From Zancudomyces culisetae HAW-14-8 (Eukaryota > Fungi > Kickxellomycota): a stretch of DNA of 64,000 nucleotides. A program made the translations under genes and the position numbers. Shown here piece by piece: positions 35,712 to 48,078 of this stretch (positions are counted from its first letter, which is position 1; each line of letters begins with the position of its first letter). The stretch covers positions 806,001 to 870,000 of the forward strand of contig JBNJNM010000007.1 in the NCBI GenBank assembly GCA_052426225.1. Direction: 5' to 3'. The notes under the pieces were generated by a model. It did not search any database. It saw only the letters and a program-made list of their open reading frames with translations, and was not told the DNA's origin.

Positions 35712-37825
35712 ATGCCAAATATAAAGCACAAAAATAAATTAAGGAATAGGAATAAAAGTAAAAGGAAGGGTATTAATAGCTCGACAGCGGAGACAAGCGC
35801 ACAGGTGAATTACCAGCATCAACAACAGCAACAACAGCAACAACACCCAGATTCGGAAACGATGGATATTGCATACTACAATGACACTGGTAAACAAAAG
35901 CAATTCCAAAAGACCAAAACCAAAATCCAAATTAAAAATATCCAAAAAGCGATAAATGAAAAAGATTTGGTTATGCTGAAAAAGTATGCTGGCATGGGTT
36001 CTGGGCTGATTAACAATAAACTTCGGAAACGAGCGTGGTAAGCAACTGTAGTTGTTTTAGAAAATGTGTTTCAACCATATATACTCGATATGTATTAAGA
36101 AGCAACTTTTAAAGTTCTTTGGTATTTTTTCTATACGATCGATATTAGGCCATTGTTGCTGAAAGAAGGGTCTTTAGTATTAGAAAAACAAAAGGTTCGC
36201 ATTTATCAAAATGAAAACCAAATTCACCTGGATACTCAACGAACAAGGCTTTATAAACTAACAGGTAACACAATAACCACTACCAAGATGCATCTATGTC
36301 TGATGTGCTTTTATTCTTACCAATAAATGTATTGTATAAATACTAGACTTGGAGCCTGAACTATCCTATACAAAGAAGAAACAGCTGCAGTTATTTAATA
36401 TAATCAATAAGATATACAAAGGTCTACCAGAACTAGCATACTATCAGGTAAATAAAACTTATTTTTGAGAGTTTTATTTTGCAACTTTCGCAGTTTTTAC
36501 AGTCTTTTTTTTTGTAGAAAGTTGGGCTAGAAAAGATAGAGAAACAAGATGGTAACATGTTCCAAAAAAAAAAAAACACTACTATAGGGATTTCACCAGG
36601 TTTGCCTTGTGCTACTCACGATCTTTGGAAATGAGAGTCGATCTATAGAATTTGGTTCGCGTCTGGCACTGTTCTATTTTAGGTACTAAATGCTATTTTT
36701 TACACTATATAACTCTACGATGTACACAAATACGATTTTTTACAAACGAATAAATATAAATACCCCCCCCCCCCCACCTTCTTCATTCTGTTTCTTTCTC
36801 TCATTTGTGATTATGATGGTATCTAAATGTTTGTTCGTAGGGATGCAATGGCTTGTAACTTTGCCCTAATTACAAAGCAACTACAGTATATTAACGGAAT
36901 ACTGCTGCTGAAGAAACCTGAAATTGCCGACTTATTTAACGAGTAAGTACCATTTTTAATTTTTATATTTATTTTGTTTGAAATAGCTGATCATATGTGC
37001 GAATATACAATAGGCTAGAAATTCCTCCATTCTATGCGATAAGCTGGGTTCTAACGTGGTTTGCCCATGACATTTCTGACTTTTCTATTGTAGCCAGGCT
37101 GTATGATTTCTTTCTAGTTCACCATCCATCGGCTGTTTTATATGTCTCAGCGGCTCTAGTGTCGTTTCACTGGCCAAAAATTTTGAACTGTGAACGTGAG
37201 TTCCCAGAAGTTCATTCATTGCTATCAAAGCTCCCAAAATTGACGGAAGAAAGTGACTGGATGTCTATACTATCCACAGCCGAGGTTTGGATGCTTTACC
37301 ATCCTTATACAAAGCTCCAGTTTGTCACGCAGCAGTTTTTGCCCCAATGGTAAAGCTCCATAATTTATACTTTTAACCACTCTTTCATATTCCAGAATTT
37401 TAAATGATGTGATTGTTAGAAATAGTGTGTAATTCTTATCAATTAAAATTAGGTCCAGCTACAACACGTTCGAAAAGACATGGATGCAGCTGGAGCAATT
37501 CAATCCCGTAAAACTTTGTGAAATACTCGATCAGGAAACCTTATTCCACAATCTACAAACCATGCCCGACAAAACTAGTAGGTTTGCCGTTGTTTCACAA
37601 AACATCAATGTTGCTGCACCGAGAGACATATCCCTTATTACACAATACGTATACAATGCTTTTGTTACAAGTCTTGGATACACGCCCAAATGGGTGACAG
37701 AAGACAAAAATAAATCCAACTACAAAACGATAGTAGCCGTTGCTGCTGCCGTAACTACGTCGGTTTCAGCCTACTTACTGATGGTTGGTGGTCAGGCCTT
37801 GCTCAACAAGGGTTATTTCGGCTAG
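35712..37825 (+). CDS. TBC-domain Rab GTPase-activating protein, TBC1D20/Gyp8-like, 7 exons, hydrophobic C-terminal anchor
   Basis: Exons 35712-36037, 36149-36264, 36347-36447, 36588-36682, 36841-36942, 37014-37349, 37453-37825. Motifs GLINNKLRKRAWPLLL, QIHLDTQRT (IxxDxxR), LAYYQGFHQ (YxQ), PFYAISWVLTWFAHD. Confidence 0.9.
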
Positions 37826-38417
37826 TTTGAGTTTGTGTATTAATAATTTTGACCAGTCTAATATTTAATTATATATGTTATATTTTTATACCTTTACTTT
37901 TACTTTCTCTGCCTAAAGGCTACAATATTGGTTAACAGTATTTTTTCATTTGGAATTTGTACAACTGTTTGACAACATTGATGGTATGCTTACTAAGTTA
38001 TTTCTAACTATATTTAAACCTTTGTTATCACTCGTATTTCAAGCTTCTCTAAAAAAAGTACATTAAACTACATTAAAGAAAAATCCATCCTGGTATATGT
38101 GTTCATTCATCATATTTGACAACTTGTGAGCGTTGCTGGTTCTTTTTTAGGTGTGTGAGTTTGGCGTTCCAAAAGCTGAATTGGGCGTCTCAGAACCAAT
38201 CCATGCCAGTTTTGCCGTTTATTTATTTATTTTTGAAACAATTGGCACCATCTCCAAGAAGCCAATGATTTGGCCAGGGTTTGGATATCCAATAATAATT
38301 ATAAAGGAGAAATGGTGTTAGTGAAACTTTTGAGAAATAGTATAACACAAACAGAATATTAGTGGTATCTAAAGATTCTCAACTCTTGGGTCTAGAAGAT
38401 TGGAAAAGAAAGCACAG

Positions 38418-39391
38418 ATGACCGATATTTTGTTTTTTATACTGGTTATAAGCGCAATAGTGGTGATCCTCTGGATTGTGTTGGGTAAGCAAGCTTTTCT
38501 AATTGCAAAGAAAAAATTATCAATTCTTGATTTCGATTTTCGACTATTTATATATATTATTTGATTTTTCATGCTTGTAAAAATTAATACTGTAAGAATA
38601 TAAAATTAATCCAATAGTAAATTTAACAAAAAATAGGAGGAACTAATGAAGGCAGCGAAAATGGCGGCGCGCATGTTGTCGACGAAGGGCAGGTTCGGGA
38701 ATTAAAGGCAATGTTTCCTCAAATAGATGAGCAAGCCATTAGGTACAGCTTATCAAGAACAGGCTCAATCCAAGTTACTACAGAGAGTATTTTACAATTG
38801 GGAGGCACTTTGCCAATGGTACGACATTTTATTATTTATTTGTCCAAGAGATAACTGCCATTATATCCTAGTAATATGATATTACCTACCACATACACAA
38901 TATACTAATACCTGTCATATAATCAACATCTAATAATAGCCACCAACACTACAAACAAACGCAAATACGAATCGATCTGGAAATCGTAATACAAATGCAT
39001 TTGATTTATCAGGATTTGGAAACATAAATTCCCGAAATACAAACAACACCAGTAGCTCTACTAGCAACAACAACGCTGGAGCAAGTACCTCGGTATCAAA
39101 ATTGAACTCTGATTCTCTGTTCCATCGACTAAAGCTTGACTCTGATTTAATAGACAAATCACCTCTTCCTCAAGAACCAGAAAACTCTTGGGATACTGAC
39201 CCATCAAAACGAGCAGATTTATTTACTAAACGCAAAGAGTTTATGGTTTTGCAGGCACGAAAGTAAGAAACTACATTTTAGTAGCGTTTTCTATTCAATA
39301 TGAGTGTTTTTCAATGTTATTTTAACACAATATTTTTACAAATAGAAAATTCCTGGAAAAACAAAAACAGCTCGCTGAAAAGACACAATAG
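38418..39391 (+). CDS. CUE1: Cue1/AUP1-like ER membrane CUE-domain protein (ERAD), 4 exons, 205 aa; absent from the ORF track
   Basis: Exons 38418-38484, 38637-38818, 38940-39262, 39346-39391 join in frame. N-terminal TM MTDILFFILVISAIVVILWIVL; CUE domain QVRELKAMFPQIDEQAIRYSLSRTGSIQVTTESIL; C-terminal E2-binding-like helix WDTDPSKRADLFTKRKEFMVLQARKKFL. Confidence 0.88.
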
Positions 39392-40492
39392 ACTAGGATA
39401 ATCTTTTATTAAAAATATGACATTAATGACTTGATATGTTTATAGTGTTTTGGGCATTCTTTTGATTTTTTTTTTGGTGGCCTTCTGGTTATTTTGTAAA
39501 AGTTTGCCCTGATATTAATATATAACTTGTTAATAATATCCACCAGAAAACAGACAGGAAAGCGCAGATTATGAGAAAAGTTTAGGGAAAGGTAGTGGTG
39601 CTACTTTTCTACCTGTAGTTGAGCTAGAAAGATTTATAATGTGTCTAACCATTTATCTACCCTCCACCATTTGCTCGTGGTATCCTCAAAAGGTAGATAA
39701 AATTTATATTGTCTGCTTAGCCTCGCACTTATGAAGAGAAGTAGCCCAGGCATGTATATTCAGAAAAAAAGTCACATCCATTTAAAGCTTGGTTTTCATT
39801 TTTAAACAGCCTTCGAAGCAATATTTGCTGATCGTATTATCAAGTTTTCTGGCTAAACTATTATTTTTCTATCTACATAAAAATGTATTTAATAAAAGTG
39901 ACTTTGTAGGATGTAGTTCACCGATACCGATAATTACCGAGTAACTCGTACCTTAGCATTTTTACATTTGAATTTTGGATAAACACTAATCACACTACGC
40001 AACTGCAAAATCTAGATCCCCGAATTATTAACGCAGATCAAATTTGTACTTGCATAAACTGGAGATTCTAAACTCGATAGAAATTATTGAGCTGACATAC
40101 TACCTAATAGGTTGACCTCCACATGGTTGACACAAATGTACAAGAGCCCTATATTTATATTCTGGACAGACCTCTGAAGGTGAAAATGAGCTGAAGTCGG
40201 ATCTGCTTTATTTTAAAAGTATATGTTATCTCGCAAACGTTTTTATTTTGCTGATCTATTTTACTGTGAGTTAGAGCTAAGCTCGCTTCATGCAAATTAC
40301 TTAAACTAATATTCAACTGTGAATATAAAATTCGAGACTAGCACCCGAACATCATTTTTAGCTTTTTGAGTATCACTTTTTAAACTAGGACAAGTAGAAT
40401 ACTTTGTAACTCAACTTTGCCATTCTAGAAACTTGTAGGTATAATGCAATAATAAGCTCTTTAAAACATTATACAAAGTGAAGTAATCTTTT

Positions 40493-40625
40493 GTATAAGG
40501 AGTCTATGTTTTGCAAAAAAAAGTATAAAAGGGGTTACAATTCCCTCCAAAGCAGAAAGAATATCTCAAGTAGAATAAACAATTCATTTATTAGACAAAA
40601 AAAAATTAAAGTTTAACCAAACAAA
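40493..40625 (+). promoter_or_regulatory. Conserved core promoter/5'UTR with TATA box (TATAAAA 40524-40530) of secreted protein 1
   Basis: Nearly identical to 42489-42621 while sequence further upstream shows no evident similarity. Confidence 0.75.
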
Positions 40626-41045
40626 ATGAAACTCTCCGTATTCAGCATGTTGTGTGTGAGCCTTGGTATGGCTAGTGCATACAGTGTCTCAGATTCAAAT
40701 CAGGTTGCCGGAAATGAACAAGCAGACAACAGCCCCAACTGCCTTACGGCTTGCCATCGTCGTCGTCGTGGACCAAGAATGAAGCTTCAGATTTTTAGTC
40801 AAACTGGTCACAAAGGGACAAGTCAAGTTAAGTATCTAGCATCTGGTCGCTGCTATGACATTCCAAGTACTGGAAGTGCCAAGTTTGATAATGGTAAACC
40901 AGGAAGAGGAAGAATCATGTTTTGTGCAAAGACAAACTGTTTAGGGCGCTGTTATATCGCAAGAAGAAGCACACAATTTTATCCAAACAATATCCCAGGA
41001 ATTGATCTTGGTGCTTACGGAAGATCAGTAAAATGGACTCGCTAA
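40626..41045 (+). CDS. Small secreted Cys-containing protein, beta/gamma-crystallin-like, paralog 1 (cationic)
   Basis: Signal peptide MKLSVFSMLCVSLGMASA, pro-region ending RRRR, ~88 aa domain LQIFSQTGHKG...CYDIP..GSAKF...IMFCAKTNCLG...SVKW with two Greek-key-like F/Y-xxxx-G units. Confidence 0.85.
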   Translation: MKLSVFSMLCVSLGMASAYSVSDSNQVAGNEQADNSPNCLTACHRRRRGPRMKLQIFSQTGHKGTSQVKYLASGRCYDIPSTGSAKFDNGKPGRGRIMFCAKTNCLGRCYIARRSTQFYPNNIPGIDLGAYGRSVKWTR

Positions 41046-42488
41046 TCAATTTTCTTTAGAATTATTAGAATATATTTTTATAGATAGAGCATAGATCTTT
41101 TCATTCTCTCCTTTGAACTGAATTTTCTCTAAAGACATGGCTGAATTATTTGCATGTTGCATTTAAAAATAAACTATTTTACAGCTAAAAGGTGAAATAT
41201 ACAGGCAGGGACTTTAAATTGTCTTTATACAATAGGAATTTTTTGCAATTCCTATTTTCCTAGTATGTCGACCTAATTAAAGGTAATCTACATATATTGG
41301 GAATAGAATATTTGGGGTAATATTATTTATTTGATCAAAGAAAGTGAGCTTGAACGTATTAATTAGGATAAATAATAGTAAGTAGTTATAAAGCGAGTAC
41401 ATTTTAGACATTACTCAAATACAAATAGTTTTATTTCCATTCAGAGAGAAAGAGTGATATTTTTTCTTTAGAATTTAAACAGAAGAAAGCTAATAAAGAG
41501 AAAAGAATATCAAAAATCTAAATATGAAAAATTAAGACTTTAACGTAGACTGTCAAACACGCGCTCCAGTGGATTGCTAGCGCATCATACTTAGTAATTA
41601 ATGTATCTGTTAAAACATTAAGTCTATCTGGCTATCAAAACAAGTTTTACTGAATACAAGTTGAAAACTTCAAAAGTCTAAAAATAAACTAGTATCGTTT
41701 AATTAAAAATCTAAATATGTTTATACCACGGGATGGGTGTTACTTTACAATGATCCACCTTGTTTTACGTTATTGCGTTAAATATTTCAGCATATGAAGA
41801 GTTATTCACAGCAATATTAAACATTTTCGCTTATCCTTATACCAACCATTTCAGTCTGCTCTGTATTGATTTAATGTTTTTCCGATTACTTAAATTGATT
41901 AATGAATTATAGTGAGATTAGGTAAAATAGCTTAACCTCATAAAGTGTAAATTTAGAAACATTATTGATGCATGTATTTACGAGTAATTTTTTACATAAT
42001 TTTTTACGGAGGTAAGGTAGGTAAAAATACATTTAGCCGAATTAATTCAAATTAAACTATTAGTAAACATAAAATCACAAATTTACCTCACATAACTTCT
42101 AGAATGTGTAGTGAAAGTGACAATTACGAAACAACAGGAAACAGCAGACATCGGTCTACATACCGTTTTAAATTTAGTATTCCATAATTATTACCTAGGT
42201 TTCTATAAATATGTCCTTCATTACAGTATCGCTATGTACAGAGTTCTAAATTTAGACAGTTGTTCAGAGTTAATTATATCACCAAACTTTTTACTATGGA
42301 TTTATTTATAATATCGGAAAATGTGGTAACATCTCTTTTAGTGTTAAAGAGGTGTCAAATATTGCATCAGGGTAAATGAATAGTGATAAACATGGGCTTT
42401 CATTCCATTATACTGGGCATATATTTTTGGTCTAACTTTGATATCCCAGCGTTCTAAGTCAATAGAATAATGCCTTTTTATAGAATTG

Positions 42489-42621
42489 GTATAAGGCGTC
42501 TATGTTTTGCAGAAAAAAGTATAAAAGGGGTTACAATTCCCTCCAAAGCAGAAAGAATATCTCAAGTAGAATAAACAATTCGCTTACCAGACGAAAAAAA
42601 ATCAAGCTTTAATCAAACATA
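42489..42621 (+). promoter_or_regulatory. Conserved core promoter/5'UTR with TATA box (42520-42526) of secreted protein 2
   Basis: Duplicate of 40493-40625. Confidence 0.75.
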
Positions 42622-43083
42622 ATGAAGTTCACCGTATTCAGCATGATGTGCCTAAGCCTTGGTATGACTAGTGCATACAGCGTCGCAGATTCAAACCAAG
42701 TTGCCGGAAATGAGCAATCAGGCAACAACTCCAACCGCCTTGCTGTTCGCCGCTACCGCCCTGGCCCTCAAATGGGTCGTCCTCAGATGGGTGGTTCTCA
42801 GATGGGTGGTCCCCAAATGAAACTTCAGATTTTCAGTCAAACTGGCCACAGAGGGTCAAACCAGGTTCAATATCTAACATCAGGTCGTTGTTATAACATC
42901 CCAAGTACCGGAAGTGCAATATACGACGATGGTACACGAGGGAGTGGATATATTACGTTTTGTGCGGGTTCAAACTGTCAAGGAGGCTGTTATACTGCAT
43001 CTAGAAGCGTTCAATTATATCCAAACAATATACCAGGTATCGATCTTGGTGCTTATGCAAATTCAGTAATGTGGTCGCTCTAA
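42622..43083 (+). CDS. Small secreted Cys-containing protein, beta/gamma-crystallin-like, paralog 2
   Basis: Clear paralog of 40626-41045; signal peptide, RR site, four x(P/S)QM(G/K) repeats, same four Cys, shared YPNNIPGIDLGAY. Confidence 0.85.
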   Translation: MKFTVFSMMCLSLGMTSAYSVADSNQVAGNEQSGNNSNRLAVRRYRPGPQMGRPQMGGSQMGGPQMKLQIFSQTGHRGSNQVQYLTSGRCYNIPSTGSAIYDDGTRGSGYITFCAGSNCQGGCYTASRSVQLYPNNIPGIDLGAYANSVMWSL

Positions 43084-43953
43084 GGGTACCTTTACTTTGA
43101 AATCATTAGAATGCGTTTTTGTCAATAGAGTATAGAAGTTTCTATCCTTTCGTTGTTTTGGCATTTACCTCTAAATTGTAGTTATTTTTGCATGTTGCAT
43201 TCACATATATAAATCTTATAGTAGAAATTCAGGATATTTAAAAACGTGGTTAATAAAGCCTAAATCTTTAGAGAATTGATAATATTCATGTTTGATAGGG
43301 GTGTATGATGGTTCATAAGCAGTTTATATGAATATTTATAAAAATGTGAAGTAAAATACTGATTATGGCATACTCCTAATGCACACTAACTACTTTGAAA
43401 TCTGTGTAAATACTATGATCAAACTTATGATGCTTTAACTTATGACGGGATACACGAAATACTATTTTGCGATCATGTGGATTTGGTCCTTATGTTGTAA
43501 AAATATTACAGCTTGTTTACTTATGAGTGTTTGGATGTTTAAATAAGCATTTTATGGTATTATGTTGAAATATAAAAGACAGTTTATATGCAAAAACATT
43601 TGAAAACAAGATTAAACTTGTGCTGGGCCCCAAGTAATATCATATCAACTGTTTTCTAGCTGACCTCATCCAGCTAACTCGCAATAAAAAAGAATACTTT
43701 TGTTATGATTCATGATTTTTGAATGTTGGCAAAGCCAATTAAAAATGAAGTTTTGACCAAGTGGGCTATGAATTTAATTGGCGGCTAATTTTTTACTACG
43801 GCAAATTGAGGATTTAATTTCAGTAGAAAAACCTCCCAATGGTAAATCGTGGTTTGAAAGAACACACGACTTGCAATATTATTTGGGCGATAAATTGAAA
43901 CCCAATTTAAAATCCAGGTTCAATTTACCAGCAAAAATACACCAAGTATATAC

Positions 43954-46308
43954 ATGGATTGGATAAGGGAAGGCAAAGGTAGCAAGCTGCTACATGAATT
44001 GGATCGACTCGAGTACAATGCTCATACTCGGGATACAAACCGGCATGTCTGTAGCGAGGATTTGGAGCTTCCTGCGAGTGAGATTAAGGACGCACTGGAT
44101 AAAGTACAGCACGAAATCAGCAAAAAAAAGGCAAAACTGGTGACAAAATTGGTAAAGGATGACAAAGAGGTATTCCAGGAAACCACACAAATCACAGAGC
44201 TTACTTTTGGGAAAATCAGCTATTTGGTTGAAAATCTAACAAGATTGCAAGATACATGGATTGCTAATGAAGAGAGCTTGAAAGCAAGATACAACGGCTT
44301 GAGAGAAGAAAAGATTCAGCTAGAAGCAGAAATAAAAAAGAATCAAGTACTGATTGGGGTGATGGAGCAAATAAAGGAGATAGATGAAGAAATACAGTAC
44401 ATGGATAGCAAAATCAAGGCAAAAGACTTTGTGGCTAGCGCAAAAAGTATTATTAGAAACAAGGATCGAATGAAAAAGTGTGAATTTGTAGGAACAAAGA
44501 TACACACAATGCTTGTGCAAAGACTGGACAATGCGATGCTGAACATAACCGAGAATTCCATTAATACTTTGGTTTCTCGTGTGTATTTCGGGATTGATGA
44601 TAACAAGGATACTAAAAGTGGTAACAATGGATTTTTGGTGTTTGGAATGAGGAGTGAGGTTAGAGAAATATTTGAAGCTGCCGAAATTTTAGGAATAGAG
44701 GAGTCAATCTCACATGTATTACACAAAAAATGGATTCAACCGATTGTTGGACAGATTTATAGGAATAATCTTGGGCAAGCCGTGATAACCGAGTATTCGG
44801 AAGGGAAAAAATGTCTCAAGTTTGAAAAAAAGCTAGAAAATATAAAAGATAATGACAAAATACTGGGTGTGGAGGAACACATGAGTGTTTTGCACAACGT
44901 TTCTATGCTGGTTGACTTTGTAAGTCAGGAATTGGTATCAAACTCAGACAAATACAAGTGGATTAGAGAAATATTTAAATTTACTAACGACGCTGATGAC
45001 CATATGGCAAGTAAGGATTGGTATGTCTCGATATTCAATGGTTTTGATGAACGAAAATTCACTATTTCCGAGTATGAACGACAAACAAATGAATTTGAGG
45101 CAAAACTTGTTGCTGTGGGTGTACTTTTACCTTCAGAAAACATATTTAGTAAGAACATAAGACTGGACTACACCAAATACAAAGCAAAGATTATTCTGGA
45201 CAAAATCAGGAGTGAGGTACTCAAACCAGACTTTGAAGAAGTTCAAACCAAAGAACTAACGCCAAATGAGTATTTTTCGTTGCTTGACAACAGCAACCAT
45301 AGCATTAAAGGCTTTTCTGACAAGTTTTTGACAAAAATTCCACCCATTACGATCAGCAAAGCGGCCTTTCATCTTGTTCAACAGTGCATAGAGTTGCTAT
45401 CTTTGGAAATCAGGATAAGTAATAATAATGACATCAGTAGTGATTTGTCGGCTCGGCTGGTCTCGAATGATGCCGAAGAGCAGGCGGGCTCCTTATCACC
45501 ATTACCACACACGGCATTTATTAAAAAGTCCATTACGACATTGTTTGAGATATACACATGTCTTCGCTACAACTACCACTATAAGAACATCACCAAAATA
45601 GGACATCTTTGTGTTGTGTACTTTAATGACATGATGTACTTGACATTATTCGCTGAATATCTACTCAGCATGGATTATCTGGATCCAAAAGCAGTAAAAG
45701 AAAAGGAACTTATTCAGCTAATGACGGACAGCGGAAAGCAGGTTTTGGAGCTTTGGTTACATAAAACATGTGCTTCCGAAATCAAATCGATTATTGACCA
45801 AATCCGCGGGTTCGACAATATCCAGTCAGCAAACAGTTATAAGGTCTCCGAGATAAAAACTGCGTTGAAAAAAGTTGTATACTACATAAGCAAGACGTCC
45901 TCATCTATAAACAAGGCACTGGTGACCAAAGAAATTCACAATTTGATTGTTGGATACTTGCTCGACCTGTTTTTGAACTGTGTCATTGATGAGCTGTGTA
46001 AACTGAACTCCATTGGGGCCCGAGAGTCTGAAATTTTGAATGAATTGTTGGATTTTAACAATATGGTTTTGGGTGCCGATGTTCCTGGTACCGATGAGTT
46101 TGAAATCAACGCTACGTACATTAACAGTCTAGAGAAATACCACCAAATTATTGATATTCTGGTTCTTAACATGAAGGATATTGTCAAAAGGCATAAACTT
46201 GGGCTGTTGGCTTCTGTTGATTCGAACACTGTGGTTGGTCTTATAAAAAGTTTATTTGAGGATTCCGAGAAACGGAGGAGTAATATAGAATATATTTTGA
46301 ATTCCTGA
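43954..46308 (+). CDS. ZW10: ZW10/Dsl1-like kinetochore and ER-tethering protein
   Basis: 784 aa with N-terminal coiled coil; YFNDMMYL motif; C-terminus LNMKDIVKRH..G.L......VVGLIKSLFEDSEKRRSNIEYI matches the ZW10 C-terminal pattern (LIRALF.....R...L..I). Confidence 0.85.
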   Translation: MDWIREGKGSKLLHELDRLEYNAHTRDTNRHVCSEDLELPASEIKDALDKVQHEISKKKAKLVTKLVKDDKEVFQETTQITELTFGKISYLVENLTRLQDTWIANEESLKARYNGLREEKIQLEAEIKKNQVLIGVMEQIKEIDEEIQYMDSKIKAKDFVASAKSIIRNKDRMKKCEFVGTKIHTMLVQRLDNAMLNITENSINTLVSRVYFGIDDNKDTKSGNNGFLVFGMRSEVREIFEAAEILGIEESISHVLHKKWIQPIVGQIYRNNLGQAVITEYSEGKKCLKFEKKLENIKDNDKILGVEEHMSVLHNVSMLVDFVSQELVSNSDKYKWIREIFKFTNDADDHMASKDWYVSIFNGFDERKFTISEYERQTNEFEAKLVAVGVLLPSENIFSKNIRLDYTKYKAKIILDKIRSEVLKPDFEEVQTKELTPNEYFSLLDNSNHSIKGFSDKFLTKIPPITISKAAFHLVQQCIELLSLEIRISNNNDISSDLSARLVSNDAEEQAGSLSPLPHTAFIKKSITTLFEIYTCLRYNYHYKNITKIGHLCVVYFNDMMYLTLFAEYLLSMDYLDPKAVKEKELIQLMTDSGKQVLELWLHKTCASEIKSIIDQIRGFDNIQSANSYKVSEIKTALKKVVYYISKTSSSINKALVTKEIHNLIVGYLLDLFLNCVIDELCKLNSIGARESEILNELLDFNNMVLGADVPGTDEFEINATYINSLEKYHQIIDILVLNMKDIVKRHKLGLLASVDSNTVVGLIKSLFEDSEKRRSNIEYILNS

Positions 46309-46685
46309 CCTTTCTAAAATCCTCACCATATTTCGTTATATTAAATATGCATTTTAAACTAAGTTTTGTTCAATTATATCACATAAAATAGTTCAATTTC
46401 AATATCTATATCCGCCCACGAAAAAAAAATATACAAAAAATAAGTGCCTACATAATAACAACCATAAATAAAATTAAAAAAACAATAACAGTACACTTGC
46501 ACTATTTTTTGCCTCACATTTTCCATCGCTTTAGCTGTGGGTTTTTTATATATATTAATTCTAGCACATTAATATTTTCAATTTCGAGTACTTTAAAGAT
46601 TCTTGTTCTATCATACTCGCAAAAAAAGACGGAAAAGAACGAGAGAAAAAAGAAAAAAGCGAAGAAACACCCGACTTAGCTACGC

Positions 46686-48078
46686 ATGGAATTTCAAGAT
46701 GTGTTAACCAATCAGCCAGTTGTGCTGGATAATGTAACCACCTTTTCTTTAATCTTGCTTTTTATCTTTAGAACATGACATTAACGTGGTAAATTATAAA
46801 CACAACAACAACAGGGTTCAGGGGTCATCAAGGCGGGTTTTGCTGGAGAAGATAAACCAAAATGTTTTTTCCCTTCATAGTAAGATTACAATCCCTATTA
46901 CATACTCCAACAATCGCAAAAACGTTAAAACATAATAACCATAAGATTAATCATAACCATAACCATAACCATAAAAACAACAATATAACAGTGTTGGTAG
47001 GCCGAAACACACCAGGATAATGGCTGGTGCGATAGAAGGGACTTACTTTGTCGGGAAAAAAGTAGAAGAATTGAGAGGGTTGTTAAAAATTAACTATCCA
47101 ATCGAACACGGAGTAGTCACAGATTGGAACGACATGGAAAAAATCTGGTCACATATTTATACCGAAGAGCTTAAAACCGTTCCTGAAGAACACCCGGTTT
47201 TGCTGACAGAGGCGCCCTTGAATCCCGATAAAACCAGAGAAGCAGCAGCACAAATACTTTTTGAGACTTTCAATGTCCCAGCCCTGTATTTTTCAATTCA
47301 GGCCGTCCTGAGCTTGTATGCTTCGGGGAGAACAACAGGGTTGGTATTGGACTCTGGAGATGGAGTTACACACGCGGTACCGGTGTATGAGGGTTTCACT
47401 ATTCCAAGCGCAATTCAACGGATTGATTTGGCTGGCAGAGACGTAACCATGTATTTGAAATCTCTGTTGCGAAAATCCGGCTTGAGATTTGAAACTACTG
47501 CTGAAGACGAAATTGTAAGGGTAATTAAGGAGAAGACCTGTTATGTGGCTTTAGATTCCACTAAAGAAGAAGAAAATATGCGAAACTCGCTATATTCTAC
47601 TGTCCAGCTTGGCTCCCTGTCGTCCAAAAGTTCTCAGCCCCAGTCCAACTTACCCTCAACTCCAGAAACGTTTCTTTTGCCCGATGGGAACCGCGTCAAG
47701 TTAGGCCACGAGCGCTTCAAAGCTCCTGAGATTTTATTCCGACCCGATTTGGCTGGTCTCGAGTATCCGGGACTGCATCAGCTAATCGCCGATTGTATAG
47801 CCAAATCAGACTGCGACCTACGAAAGACGCTATATGCAAATATTATCTTTTCCGGTGGAACAACTCTTACCCAAGGCTTTGGTGATAGAATGCTGTATGA
47901 ATTGCGGCGGACGTTGATTCCTGACTCCAAAATCAAAATCTATGCACCTCCCGAGCGCAAGTATTCCACATGGATTGGTGGTTCTATCCTCGCAGGACTT
48001 TCCTCATTTAAGAAAATGTGGGTTTCATCCGAAGAATACCAGGAAGATCCAAACATCATTTTCAAAAAACTTTTTTAG
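46686..48078 (+). CDS. ARP1: Actin-related protein 1 (centractin, dynactin), 3 exons
   Basis: Exons 46686-46733, 46815-46879, 46992-48078: [54 protein letters not shown]...[14 protein letters not shown]...[27 protein letters not shown]. The MAGA.EG and LRGLL signatures are Arp1-type. Confidence 0.95.

Noticed and set aside
43778-43966. Short ORF overlapping the ZW10 start
   Set aside because: TTG start, no recognisable similarity, different frame; probably 5' flank.
46930-46975. (CCATAA)n repeat resembling a telomeric repeat
   Set aside because: Only about 4-5 units inside ARP1 intron 2; an ordinary microsatellite.
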